A stretch of DNA of 63,359 bases, the filler included, from a bacterium (lineage in GTDB: Bacteria; UBP15; UBA6099; JAJRTR01), in assembly GCA_024278215.1 (NCBI GenBank). It is 6 parts of 6 records of this genome, joined end to end, with 100 filler letters (N's around TTAATTAATTAA, not from the genome) between each part and the next. Parts side by side here need not be neighbours in the genome. Positions count along the whole stretch, not along the records: positions 1 to 24,256 come from JAJRTR010000108.1; 5 more parts are not named here. One strand, 5' to 3'. Position 1 is the first letter of the stretch. Each line of letters begins with the position of its first letter. The notes below the pieces were generated by a model. The model ran no database searches. It worked only from the letters and a program-made list of their open reading frames with translations, and was not told the origin of the DNA. Of the stretch, positions 10,003-20,746 are shown in pieces. The position numbers were made by a program, and so were the translations under genes.

Positions 10003-10860
10003 CTATAGTGTAATCACCTGGAAGCTGAAAGTATCTTTGCCGACATTACCGATAATGTAGTGATGATAATTATTTTTCGTATTGGTGTTGAGCCTGCCGC
10101 CCGCGCCGCCCGAGACGATGTATTTTATGCCGTCGACCTCATAGGAACCGTAGTGGTGCTCGTGACCTGTCATGACGGCGGTTACGCCCGCCTTTTCGAT
10201 CAATTCGCGGAAACGCTCCGAGCCGCCCTTGAGAGGAGTGATGTATAATTTGTTAACATAGCCGACGGGCCTGTGCATGATAATGAACTTCTGGAGGTCA
10301 GTCTTCAACGCGTTTTCGAGAAATCCGAGTTGAGCATCTTTCAAATCGAAGTTCGCGTTATTGAGAAAAATAAAACGTGCCGGTCCCGCGTCGAAATAGA
10401 AAAAAGTGTTGCCGAAAAACTTTTTCCACTGTCTCTGGTCTGAATAATCTGAAAAAGACGTGTCGTGATTTCCTATTGCCGATATGACCGGCACCCTGAA
10501 TTTTCTCAGGACTTTTTTCAATGTCGTGTAATAATTCGGCAGTCCCATCTGCACCAGGTCACCGCCCAGCAACACGAAATCAGGTTTCCTGCTGTTCGCC
10601 TGCCTGACTATCTTTTTCACTATCCCCCTGTCGTCGAACGGAATGTGAAGGTCCGCGCAGAAGAAAAACTCGATATTGCCGTCCACGGGAATATCCCGTA
10701 TCCTGCTGATATTTATTTCGTTCCATAAAGGTTTCCGGCCGTTTACGTTTTCCGCCGCGACACCCTTATCCGCAACTATAAGCAAAGCTGAAAAAAGAAA
10801 CAGCAATACGAAAAGAGATAAACGCACCTTATTTGTGATGTTCTTTTTCGTGTTCCGCAT
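10003..10860 (-). CDS. Secreted calcineurin-like metallophosphoesterase
   Basis: N-terminal hydrophobic signal; DLH, GD, GNHD, H, GHEH motifs. Confidence 0.9.
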   Translation of the reverse strand: MRNTKKNITNKVRLSLFVLLFLFSALLIVADKGVAAENVNGRKPLWNEINISRIRDIPVDGNIEFFFCADLHIPFDDRGIVKKIVRQANSRKPDFVLLGGDLVQMGLPNYYTTLKKVLRKFRVPVISAIGNHDTSFSDYSDQRQWKKFFGNTFFYFDAGPARFIFLNNANFDLKDAQLGFLENALKTDLQKFIIMHRPVGYVNKLYITPLKGGSERFRELIEKAGVTAVMTGHEHHYGSYEVDGIKYIVSGGAGGRLNTNTKNNYHHYIIGNVGKDTFSFQVITL

Positions 10861-10923
10861 GAGTCGTCACCTGTGATTCTTTATGATTTTATCGCCGGAC
10901 AGGAAGATGCCGTATCAGGCATT

Positions 10924-12309
10924 TCATCCCACCGACACAACTATCTCAGCTTCCGCGTGATGCCTGCCGTAAGACGCCCCGATCCGCGAACGGCCCGGCG
11001 CATCCGATGTGAAAATGTTTTTCCCTGTTATTCGACCGTGGCCTCCCAAGACCTGTATTTCCGGTACAATCGCATACAATTTATTGTTGCCCGTGGCATT
11101 AACGATCAGCGGCACATCCGCCCCGGCAGGCACTTCCCCGGGAGCCTCGCAGAAGCTGATGCTTTTTACGTCGGAATCGTGGAAATACGGATAAACGACA
11201 TATTCCCTGATCCCCTTCGAGTCGATAAAAATATGGGCGACATTTACATCCCTGTCATCCGTATGAGACGCTCTCGACCCGCCGCCGCCGCCCAGCCTGA
11301 GATGAACGATCCCGTCGCGTTCCTCACGGTTATGGCTGTGGAGATGCCCGAAAAGTATGTAGTCGACCCCGGATTTTTTAAATAGTGAAATCATCTCGTC
11401 GACCTCCTCCCCGCGCTCGGCGGGCGTAGTCGACTGCATATACATTTCATCGAGCATACTGCGGTTTCCATACACGGGGAAATGGAAGAAAACGAACCTG
11501 TGCCGTGCCTGCTCGCCCAGCCGCTCCCGCAGCCATTTCCACTGCGCGTCACGTTTCCCGCCCGTCATGTTCAATGTCGCGTTATTGTATTTTTGCGCGT
11601 TGTCCAGAAAAAGAAACTGATTGCCGTCATACTCGAATGAATAGAAAAGAGAACCAAGATGTTTCTTGTACAGCTTCGTGGAAAGGTAACTGTCGTGATT
11701 TCCGATAGTAGTAAACAGCGGCGTGTCGAGCAGCAATTCCTTCGAGCGGTACACCGCCCACTGCGCGGGTTCGTCAACGTCGATAATGTCGCCCGCGTCA
11801 ACCGCGAATGTCGGTCGCCTGAGATTAACCTGTTCGAGCACTTTCGAGAAATGGCCTTCAGCCTCCACGTCGCCGAGATGTGTGTCGCTGAAAGCGGCGA
11901 AATTCAACGTCTCCCATTTTTCGAGCTTAAATCTCGATTCAGCCTTCGCGAATTTTGTGCCGGTAAAATCAAGTGCCATCGCTACCGAAGAATCGTTTCT
12001 CGCAACAACGTCTATCTGATCGCTAGCGATTTCCAACCTGTTGCCGTGAACATTTACGAGATCAATATGCAGTTTCTTAACGAGCGGTCCGGCTGCTTTT
12101 ATCCGGAAAGCAGGCTGGAGACAAAGCGCCCTTATCTGCAATCTGTCGGGCTCGACCTCCCTTGCGAAGCCGCCCCTGACTGAAACCCGGTAGCCTGATG
12201 CCGAAGTCAGAGCGGCAGCATTCGTGCCGAAAGCAATCGCAGGCAAAACAGCCGCGCCCGCGCCTGCCCGCGCCATCAGTCCGATCATTTCGCGCCTGCT
12301 GATTCTCAC
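10924..12309 (-). CDS. Tat-exported metallophosphoesterase
   Basis: SRREMI twin-arginine signal; DTH, GD, GNHD, GHLH motifs; extra beta-rich N- and C-terminal regions. Confidence 0.88.
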   Translation of the reverse strand: MRISRREMIGLMARAGAGAAVLPAIAFGTNAAALTSASGYRVSVRGGFAREVEPDRLQIRALCLQPAFRIKAAGPLVKKLHIDLVNVHGNRLEIASDQIDVVARNDSSVAMALDFTGTKFAKAESRFKLEKWETLNFAAFSDTHLGDVEAEGHFSKVLEQVNLRRPTFAVDAGDIIDVDEPAQWAVYRSKELLLDTPLFTTIGNHDSYLSTKLYKKHLGSLFYSFEYDGNQFLFLDNAQKYNNATLNMTGGKRDAQWKWLRERLGEQARHRFVFFHFPVYGNRSMLDEMYMQSTTPAERGEEVDEMISLFKKSGVDYILFGHLHSHNREERDGIVHLRLGGGGGSRASHTDDRDVNVAHIFIDSKGIREYVVYPYFHDSDVKSISFCEAPGEVPAGADVPLIVNATGNNKLYAIVPEIQVLGGHGRITGKNIFTSDAPGRSRIGASYGRHHAEAEIVVSVG

Positions 12310-12456
12310 GTCTTATCAAAACTCCTTCGAGCATGATTTCCCAATTCGCTCTTTCACATATGCTTTTGTAACCACGCATATTACAATATCATACGGGACA
12401 TGTAATTGTAAGGAATGACTGTGATCTCGTCAGTTCTATTTGAGATTGAAAAAACT

Positions 12457-14745
12457 TCACCCCTTTTTGTCCAGTATGCTTCTGACGGTTTTCAGCAGAT
12501 TCTCCATCTCGAAAGGCTTCTGTATGAATTCGACATTATTGTTTTTCAGCAACTCCTCGGCCTCGCCCTCCACGCTGTAGCCTGACGCCAGCAGCACGCG
12601 CATATCAGGATCAAGTTTTCTGATTATCTCAAAAACTTCCTTGCCGCTTATCCCGGGCATCACCATATCCAGCACCACAAGCGCTATCTCTTCAGAGTGT
12701 TTTTCGAATACATCCGGAGCTTCCATACCGTTTTCAACAGTAAACACACTGTAACCGGCGGCTTTGAGAATTCTGCCCGTAAGACTCAAGACCAATTCGT
12801 CGTCATCAACGACAAGTATTGTTTCTTTTCCGCCTTCTGCCTCATGATACTTCTTCACCTCTATTGTTTCGGGCGTCTCATCACTAACAGGAAGATAAAT
12901 AAGGAAATCCGTACCCTCTCCCGGCGCACTGCGAACATCTATAAAACCGTCATGATTCGCGATTATCCCCCTTGCCACAGACAGACCAAGTCCTGTTCCC
13001 TTCCCTATGTCTTTGGTTGTAAAAAACGGGTCGAATATGTTACGAAGTGTTTCTTCATCAATCCCGGTCCCGCTGTCACTGACCTTGATCAAACATAAAC
13101 CCTCATCAGGAGCTCTTGCGCCTGTGATACTCGGAATGTCTGCTGCACGAACTCGCATGCACGTTATCCGGATCGTCCCACCTGCCGTCATGGCGTCGCA
13201 CGCATTCTGACATATATTTATCAGCGCCTGAATAACCTGATTCTTATCGACTTTTACAAAAAGGCCCGGTTCAATTTTCGTTGTGATTCTTGTAGTTTTC
13301 ACCATGCTGCGTTCCATTATCCGAGAAACATTTTCGACAATATCATCGACACGAACCGGTTTCACATTAAGCCTGTCTTTGCGTGAAAAATAGAGAAGTT
13401 TCATTGTAAGGTCTCTTGCGCGCTCGGAAGAATCCAGTATATCGTCGAGCATCATTTCAGCTTCTCCGCGGGGCACCTGTTTTCTGCGAAGCATGGAGGC
13501 GTTTCCCTTGATCACCGTTAGTATATTGTTGAAATCGTGGGCAATGCCGCCCGCCAACAGGCCGATAGATTCCATCTTTTGAGACTGAAAAAGCTGTTGC
13601 TGCATGGCTTCTTTTTCTCTCTCAGCCCTTTTTGCGTCACGTATCATATTCTCAAAATCTTCAACAAGACTCTCAATCTCCTTAATATTTGTCCGTATAT
13701 GGCCACCTGTTTTGTGCTCCTCGTGAGCAGTCCGGCGCACAACAGAAGCAAGTTTACCAAGCGGACTTGCCACAAGATACGACGCAAACCCCGCAAGCAC
13801 AAGTGAAAAAACAATAAATACTCCGATCAGCCACGCCATAACCCGCTCTGATTTTCTGCCGATTTTCAAAAAACCCTTATTCGAGTATCCAACCCTGAGA
13901 ATACCGATCTTCTTATCTCCCCTCATCAGCGGCATAGCAATATCATACACAGACCGTCCCACCATATCTGTTGTCAACTGGATAAGCAACGGCCGTCTTT
14001 TCTTCACCTGAAGCGCGGTTTTCACCACAGGATCATCCAGTTTCTGCCCTTCTTCGCCCTGAACAAGTTCTCCTTTCCTGTTTTTATAACTATTAACAAA
14101 AACAACACCATTATTGTCCAGCCATTGCACATACTTTATCTTTTTGCTGTTTGCGCACATGTTGACTGCCGTGATCCGTGCGGATTCCATATTCTTCGAG
14201 TTTATTTTTTTGTTTATGTCACTTATCAAAGCTCTGGAATAATCTTTCAGCGATGTTTCCTCCAGCATTTTCGTGACATTAGAATACTCGAAGCCTATTA
14301 TAAGGTCTGCTATCGTCAGTTTTTCAGGCACAACAAATCCGAAACCGCCGCCGAGTGATATTTCGCTCTTTTTGTACTTCGTATTTTTGGGCAAAACCAG
14401 ATCACTGAAAATTTCCCCCTCATGGTCGTCATTGATGTCGTAAAATACTTTTCCACTCTCGCGATCGACTATCAGCGCTACATTGACTATTACTTCGTAT
14501 CCAAAGAGGTCTGTCATTATTCGATCAACCTCTTCATAATCTTTTATCATAAGGGGCGCTCCGAGTCTCGACACAGCGCTTGCCCTGAGCATGTTTATCT
14601 TGTGCATCATCTGGCGTTTCCACATGGTATCGGCATGATACGCATACAGGTAATATGTCATCACTCCGCAAAACAATAGAGCAATGAGTATTATGCCTGT
14701 CATGAAATAAAAAAGTGGGATAGTATTGGTTCTGATTTTTTTCAT
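12457..14745 (-). CDS. Hybrid sensor histidine kinase/response regulator
   Basis: Two TM helices, large extracytoplasmic region, AHDFNN H-box, DPFFTTK..GKGTGLGL, C-terminal receiver (VVDD, LDMVMP, QKPF). Confidence 0.95.
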   Translation of the reverse strand: MKKIRTNTIPLFYFMTGIILIALLFCGVMTYYLYAYHADTMWKRQMMHKINMLRASAVSRLGAPLMIKDYEEVDRIMTDLFGYEVIVNVALIVDRESGKVFYDINDDHEGEIFSDLVLPKNTKYKKSEISLGGGFGFVVPEKLTIADLIIGFEYSNVTKMLEETSLKDYSRALISDINKKINSKNMESARITAVNMCANSKKIKYVQWLDNNGVVFVNSYKNRKGELVQGEEGQKLDDPVVKTALQVKKRRPLLIQLTTDMVGRSVYDIAMPLMRGDKKIGILRVGYSNKGFLKIGRKSERVMAWLIGVFIVFSLVLAGFASYLVASPLGKLASVVRRTAHEEHKTGGHIRTNIKEIESLVEDFENMIRDAKRAEREKEAMQQQLFQSQKMESIGLLAGGIAHDFNNILTVIKGNASMLRRKQVPRGEAEMMLDDILDSSERARDLTMKLLYFSRKDRLNVKPVRVDDIVENVSRIMERSMVKTTRITTKIEPGLFVKVDKNQVIQALINICQNACDAMTAGGTIRITCMRVRAADIPSITGARAPDEGLCLIKVSDSGTGIDEETLRNIFDPFFTTKDIGKGTGLGLSVARGIIANHDGFIDVRSAPGEGTDFLIYLPVSDETPETIEVKKYHEAEGGKETILVVDDDELVLSLTGRILKAAGYSVFTVENGMEAPDVFEKHSEEIALVVLDMVMPGISGKEVFEIIRKLDPDMRVLLASGYSVEGEAEELLKNNNVEFIQKPFEMENLLKTVRSILDKKG

Positions 14746-15678
14746 TTATTGTTCTTTTTCATTGCGTTTCTTCAACTTATAGTACTCCGACAACCTCCCT
14801 TCCTTCTCAGCTTCAGTGAAGAATTCGACATCCTGCTGATAATACTCCGGCAATACCTCGACAAACTTCATCTTCTGTGACCTGATAACACCTGTATATG
14901 ATTTAAGATCATTGCCTTTTTGAATCTCATCAAGGATTTCAAACATACGGGCGGCTGTTTCAGGCGAATAATCTTTCGATGCTAGCAAGGGGAGAAAATG
15001 ATACGGCTTTCCGCAGGCTATCCGCCTCAGTCCTTTAACAATTCCGGGATTGTTCCTTTTCAGAAACACGTATATCTGCTTCGTAACGAAAACGGCATCC
15101 GTCTCGCCGACCGAAAAAAGGTACATAGCACCAAGACCGGCACCGCTGATCTCTATTTTGCTGAAAAAATCAGCTGGGTTCTCTCCTGTCAGTTCCCATA
15201 TTATACTGTAGCCGTAAGAGGAATCGTATATGCTGAGAGATTTCCCCCTGAGGTCGGAAACCGAATTCACTTCCCTGTCACGTGTGAAAACACATGCCTG
15301 GTTTATGCTGATACCCAGCACTTCGTAAGAAATGATCGGCGTATAACCGTAATCCCTTATTAATACTGAAAGCTGCGCTCTGTTTCCGACAAGCGCGTAT
15401 CTCTCTCCCGGCAAACCGGCATCTTTGAAAAATTCCGCCTGTGTTCTGTAATTCTCATGTACCGCGTCCACGCCAAGTTCATCCTTAATAAAGTCAAAAA
15501 GCACCTTGAAAAAGAAGTTGTACTGGGCGTCCGTTTCGGTACCCCAGCCGAAAAGTGTTGAAAATATCACCTGTTTATTGTCGCCGTTGTCCACTCTGCC
15601 GCCATCGACCGCCCCGGCTTGCACAACAGTACATATAAGAAATAAGGTCACAACAATTGCCCTGTCCATAGTTGTCAT
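14746..15678 (-). CDS. PhnD/SsuA-like substrate-binding protein
   Basis: Signal peptide; SDLRGKSL and VGETDAVFV type II binding-protein segments; abuts the kinase gene. Confidence 0.65.
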   Translation of the reverse strand: MTTMDRAIVVTLFLICTVVQAGAVDGGRVDNGDNKQVIFSTLFGWGTETDAQYNFFFKVLFDFIKDELGVDAVHENYRTQAEFFKDAGLPGERYALVGNRAQLSVLIRDYGYTPIISYEVLGISINQACVFTRDREVNSVSDLRGKSLSIYDSSYGYSIIWELTGENPADFFSKIEISGAGLGAMYLFSVGETDAVFVTKQIYVFLKRNNPGIVKGLRRIACGKPYHFLPLLASKDYSPETAARMFEILDEIQKGNDLKSYTGVIRSQKMKFVEVLPEYYQQDVEFFTEAEKEGRLSEYYKLKKRNEKEQ

Positions 15679-15941
15679 ATCGATTCACCTCATCAAGTGC
15701 TTAGCGGCCCCGTAATGATTTTAAAGCAATTATATGAATACTACTTATATTTATGGATATTCTCTATATTATTCTAATCTATGAAAAGCTGAATAGCAAA
15801 TACAATATATTTATATTTTGCAAAAGTGCGTTGTGGTAAGACCGGTGCTGTGCGGTTAAAGTGTTATCTGCTTTGTGCATGAGATAAACGTGTCCCCTGA
15901 GCAACGATTTAATGCACTATCTGGTTTTCAGGGGTGAGCAT

Positions 15942-15968
15942 AAAAAAAGGGAGAATCTCTTCTCCCTT
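15942..15968 (-). terminator. Rho-independent terminator of the MCP operon
   Basis: AAGGGAGAA-TCTC-TTCTCCCTT hairpin with a U-tract on the minus strand. Confidence 0.8.
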
Positions 15969-15997
15969 ATTATTCATGAATGCGAAAACTGCATATA

Positions 15998-18031
15998 TCA
16001 GAAATCTTTAAAGTCTCCATCTTCGAGCGGCAGAATATCTTCAGGAGTTATTGACTTCTGCGAAACACCTCTACCGTCCTTTATCTGTTTTCCGGCAGTC
16101 CTGTTATCGGATTTCGCACTGTCTGCTTTTGCAAAATGCAATCTGCCTGTTCTTCGACTTTCGACACCCGAATCTTCAAGTTCACAGATACTTCCCTGGC
16201 CGATCATTGCAGCGGCACCGGTTTTATTTTTCTTTTTACCGCCACCGGCGCCTCCCACCATATCCACTAGTCCGTCAACCATATGGTTAAGAACCTCAGC
16301 CTGTGAATTCAACTGATTAGCGGCAGAAGCTGATTCCTCGGCAATGCCTGTGTTCTGCTGTGTGATCTGGTCCATCTGGCCTATCGCGATATTAACCTGA
16401 TCGATGCCCTGCGCCTGTTCCTTGCTCGCAGCGGCGATCTCGGCGATCAGCCCTGTTACCTTCCCTGAACTATCAAGGATATTTACAAAAGAATTCGCCA
16501 GTTCGTCGGCGATCTTCGAACCTTCGCCGGTGTTGCTCACTGATTCATCAATAAGAGCTGCTGTGTTTTTCGCAGCTTCGGCTGAACGCTGCGCAAGATT
16601 TCTGACTTCTTCCGCGACTACTGCAAAGCCCTTGCCCGCTTCTCCCGCCCGCGCCGCTTCGACCGCCGCGTTCAATGCGAGCAAATTGGTCTGGAATGCA
16701 ATCTCGTCGATTGTCTTGATGATCTTGGCTGTCTGGTTTGAAGAATCTATTATCTTCTGCATCGACCTGAGCATATTTTGAATCTTATCGTTGCCGTCGT
16801 CGGCCGCGGCACGCGCTTCTTTCGCAAGAATATTCGCCTGCTCCGCGTTGTCGGCATTCTGTCTTGTCATGGAGGCCATTTCCTCGAGTGAGGAAGATGT
16901 CTCCTCCAGCGAAGCGGCCTGCTGCCCCGACCCCTGTGCAAGGGCGTCGCTGGAGGATGTCAATTGTTCCGAGGCGCTTGCTATCTGTCTTGCGCCGCTG
17001 GTCAGCCCTTCGATTATTCTCTGAAGCGGCCTGGTGATGTTCAGGGACATAAACCAGAACACAAGCAGCAGAATAACCGTACCGGCAACTGCCGTAATGA
17101 TGCTGAACATCCGCATCGAATTGACTTTAGCAAATATGTCTTTTTCGGGCACGAAAGACACAAGCCGCAACCCGGTATCGGAAGATGCGCCATCCCCTAA
17201 ATAGCTCGACGGCGGCGCTATCACATCTTTTGTGACATATTGACGTCCTGATTCAAAATCGAATTTCTTAACGCTTTCAGTGCTCGAACCGGAAAGCCAT
17301 TTTGCGAATTCCGTATCAGAATCAATCGTTGTGCCTATCAGAGCCGTGTCGGAATGGGCCAGTATCTCACCTGTCGACGGATCGATAATTGCTACCTGCG
17401 CGCCTGTGAAACCGTTTTTTATCTGCACGTCCGCAGTCCCGGCGGTTTTGTCCTGAATAGCGGTCCAGTCCATCAGCGCGAAGACATAACCGTTCCGGAC
17501 ACCCGAAGTATCTTTGCACGGATAGACGAACATATAAGTCTTCTTGAATCCTTTGTCACTGCTCGAAACAAGAGAACTTTCCACAAGAACTGCTGAAATA
17601 TTGCCACCAGCCCCCAGTTTTTTCACCCCGGCCTGTTTCCCTTCCAGCTCGCTTGCTCCACCACCCTGAAAATCTTTGCTTACCGCACTCTTGAGTATCT
17701 TTCCGTCACTGTCCGTTACGGCGAGTACCACAAAATCTGAATCTTCAGACAGTTTCTCTACAAGAAGCGTTTCCAGTTCTGCGATCGTATCGAACTCTAT
17801 CGCCATTCCATAGACATCTTCACTTACCCATTTCTGGAAAGACTCAGCTCTCGCTTTGATAAAGTTGTTGAGGTTCCTTGTGTCATAATCGACTACAAGT
17901 TTGCTCATTCGATCACTGCTTTCAAGTGAATAATTCTTTTGAGAAATATAGGAAACAATAGCTATCAGAAGCATCGGAATAAGCGCCGGCACTATAATGC
18001 TATTGATTTTACCTTTAATGCCTAACTTCAT
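15998..18031 (-). CDS. Methyl-accepting chemotaxis protein (dCache-like sensor)
   Basis: Two TM helices; [37 protein letters not shown] signature. Confidence 0.97.
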   Translation of the reverse strand: MKLGIKGKINSIIVPALIPMLLIAIVSYISQKNYSLESSDRMSKLVVDYDTRNLNNFIKARAESFQKWVSEDVYGMAIEFDTIAELETLLVEKLSEDSDFVVLAVTDSDGKILKSAVSKDFQGGGASELEGKQAGVKKLGAGGNISAVLVESSLVSSSDKGFKKTYMFVYPCKDTSGVRNGYVFALMDWTAIQDKTAGTADVQIKNGFTGAQVAIIDPSTGEILAHSDTALIGTTIDSDTEFAKWLSGSSTESVKKFDFESGRQYVTKDVIAPPSSYLGDGASSDTGLRLVSFVPEKDIFAKVNSMRMFSIITAVAGTVILLLVFWFMSLNITRPLQRIIEGLTSGARQIASASEQLTSSSDALAQGSGQQAASLEETSSSLEEMASMTRQNADNAEQANILAKEARAAADDGNDKIQNMLRSMQKIIDSSNQTAKIIKTIDEIAFQTNLLALNAAVEAARAGEAGKGFAVVAEEVRNLAQRSAEAAKNTAALIDESVSNTGEGSKIADELANSFVNILDSSGKVTGLIAEIAAASKEQAQGIDQVNIAIGQMDQITQQNTGIAEESASAANQLNSQAEVLNHMVDGLVDMVGGAGGGKKKNKTGAAAMIGQGSICELEDSGVESRRTGRLHFAKADSAKSDNRTAGKQIKDGRGVSQKSITPEDILPLEDGDFKDF

Positions 18032-18076
18032 AAATATCCCCTTTCAAATGCCTATCGACCAGCAAAATATCCGCGG

Positions 18077-19333
18077 TTACTGGAGCTGCGTGGGAACGCC
18101 CGCCGCTTTTCTTGCCGCTTCCCATTCGCTTTTTGTGATAAACGCATCGTCACCGGGCATACTGTCGATAATCTCAAAGTAATCAAGCTTATATTTGTCT
18201 TTTAAGACCTCGACTTCGGGTTTGCATTTTACCGCATAGACTGTCTGCACAGACTGGTGATCGAACTTGCGCCAGTACTGTTCGTCCTTCAGTGATGTGT
18301 AGTGATGACCCTCCAGCGCGGCGATGACCGCCTCCGTGTCGAACGAGCCCGCTCTTTCGACCGCGGCTTTGTATTCCTTGAGTATCGTATATGCCGACGC
18401 GCCCGAGGTGCTGGGATACCTTTTGAATTTCGCGGCAAACTTCTCGACAAACTTTTTGCCGCTCTCATAGTTGTATTTATATGGAACCTGCCACGACCAC
18501 GGTAATGCGCCGACTACGCCCGCCATGACTTTCGCTCCGCCGCTTTCCGCCATGCCCAGTGTCAGGTTCGGTACTACAATCTGCATCTTGTCTTTAAGCC
18601 CCATCGCCGTAGCCTGCCGTACTGCATTCGCCATGTCTTCTCCGAACAGAACCAGCACGAGCACATCGGGATTCACCATCTTTGCGAACGAAAGCGCCTT
18701 CTTGAAATCGGCATCGGTCGCGCCGGGGAAAGGCGTCAGCGTTCCTTTATGGACACTGGTGTCTTCCGTGTTTGTGAATTTCCTGAATGAAGACTCTGTA
18801 GTGTAACCCCACGTATAATCGGCTGTTATATAGAGAAATTTCTTGCCCGCGAAGTGCGAATTCATATATCCGGCGAGTACTTTTGCTCCCGCCCAGGCGT
18901 CGTAGCATTCCCTGAACATGTGCCTGTTGCCTTTCGAGCCTGTCGTTGCTGTCGAATATGTCAATGTGCCGAAAAACAATTTGTCTTTTTGCGCCGCAAC
19001 CTTGCCGGCCGCTATGGCAACTCCGCTGGAGGAACCGCCGAATACCATCTTTACGCCATCCTTGTCGATCAGATCAGTGACATTCTCTGTCGTCACGGAT
19101 ACTGTCGATTTCGAGTCTTTCTTTACTATTTCGATTTTGCTGCCCAGGATGCCTCCGTCCGCGTTTATCTCTTCTACGGCGAGTTGTGCGGCACGAAGCT
19201 GGTCGAGCCCCTGCACGGAGTAGGGGCCCGTTTCCGGATAATTCAGACCGATCTTCACAGTGTCGGCCGATGCTGCAACCACTGCCATAATTACGAATGC
19301 GATTACTAATAGAGCTATACTAATTCTCTTCAT
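18077..19333 (-). CDS. LivJ/branched-chain amino acid-type substrate-binding protein
   Basis: Signal peptide; VKIG...TGPY...LAVEEINADGGILG; GGSSSGVA; ADYTWG. Confidence 0.9.
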   Translation of the reverse strand: MKRISIALLVIAFVIMAVVAASADTVKIGLNYPETGPYSVQGLDQLRAAQLAVEEINADGGILGSKIEIVKKDSKSTVSVTTENVTDLIDKDGVKMVFGGSSSGVAIAAGKVAAQKDKLFFGTLTYSTATTGSKGNRHMFRECYDAWAGAKVLAGYMNSHFAGKKFLYITADYTWGYTTESSFRKFTNTEDTSVHKGTLTPFPGATDADFKKALSFAKMVNPDVLVLVLFGEDMANAVRQATAMGLKDKMQIVVPNLTLGMAESGGAKVMAGVVGALPWSWQVPYKYNYESGKKFVEKFAAKFKRYPSTSGASAYTILKEYKAAVERAGSFDTEAVIAALEGHHYTSLKDEQYWRKFDHQSVQTVYAVKCKPEVEVLKDKYKLDYFEIIDSMPGDDAFITKSEWEAARKAAGVPTQLQ

Positions 19334-19465
19334 GAAAAATGCCTCCTTGTTGTTGTGTCGCGATGATTCGTTTTATATTGAAAGCTCGAAAGCGTTTGTA
19401 ATGATTATTTGCCGGGTAAAGATACTTTCGTCATCTTTGGTATCCGACATGACCGCACACCATTA

Positions 19466-19957
19466 TCAATCACCTGTTGTTGCGATTGTCTTCAGCTCTT
19501 CCCCGGTAAGAACTTTCCTGATATCGAGTATCATTATTACTTTTTCTTTCGTCTTGCCTATCCCTTTTATGAATTCCGTGTTAACGGAAACACCGAACTG
19601 CGGCGTCTCTTCGATCATGTCGTCATTTATGTCCATTACTTCAGACACCCGGTCTACTATTATCCCCATCAGCATGTCGGTCAGGTCTACAACGATAATA
19701 CACGTTTCCTTAGTGGCCTCAATTTCATCAAGTCCGAACTTCAAGCGCAGGTCGATCACAGGAATCACCTTGCCGCGCAGATTGATGACCCCCTTGACGA
19801 ATTCAGGCATTCGTGGAACCGAAGTTATCTCAAGCAGTCCCATGATCTCCCTGACCGTCAGTATCTCCAGACCGTAGTCCTCATCACCCAGCGCAAAAGT
19901 GAGATACTTGTTCAATTTCATTATTTCTGATGAAACAGTGCTCTGGTCTGTACTCAT
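19466..19957 (-). CDS. cheW: Chemotaxis coupling protein CheW
   Basis: YLTFAL..EDYG, GVINLRGKVIPVIDLR, IVDRVSEV. Confidence 0.96.
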   Translation of the reverse strand: MSTDQSTVSSEIMKLNKYLTFALGDEDYGLEILTVREIMGLLEITSVPRMPEFVKGVINLRGKVIPVIDLRLKFGLDEIEATKETCIIVVDLTDMLMGIIVDRVSEVMDINDDMIEETPQFGVSVNTEFIKGIGKTKEKVIMILDIRKVLTGEELKTIATTGD

Positions 19958-20746
19958 GAATATTGCCTCTTTCATCAATTTTTCCGATCAACATCCTGAT
20001 TCCTTATACAATTTGACTATCTGTATCAAATAATATGCCGTCTTTTCAAATAGTCGGTTTTTTTTACAAATTCCTGATTTTCAATATATTTATTTTAAAT
20101 TGTTACCTGATCACATTTCATCAAAGACTGCTTTTTTGTATGCCTGCATATACATATTATTTCAATATCATACATTTTTAGTTCCCTTTATCGCTATTAA
20201 TCCAGTTGTTCGGTTGCCACGCCTCATCCGTGATGCACGCACGGATGAGGTGATCTCCCGCGTGGACAAATGATATGTTATCTTCCACTCCTCCCCGTGG
20301 AGAATCCACAGCATGAACTATCCGGGCATCTAAAAACAAATTTACCAAGCAATGATATTATTGTAATATAATGACATATCACCCGTTTTATTAATATTTA
20401 CATTTGTTAAAGTTCTTAATTATTACCCAATAATCCTAAGTCTTCGAATATCATTATGATTCTTGATGTAAGGCAAATCCAGAGATGGTCCTTTAAATGA
20501 CTTATTAGCAATACGTCATTATTTTCCACTTATAAACGATCATCATGTTTATCTGTATTACGCAGGTGAATGACATGATTATTAGCCTGATAAATGGAAT
20601 TGTCAATACGTTTTTTCAATAAAATTCATATTATCTTTTTCATCCTGCACTATTTGTCAACATTACAAATAGTAATACTTAAAAACAACCCTACTATATT
20701 GTAATATAATATTTATTAATGAAGACTTGAGTTGATATTTGATTAA

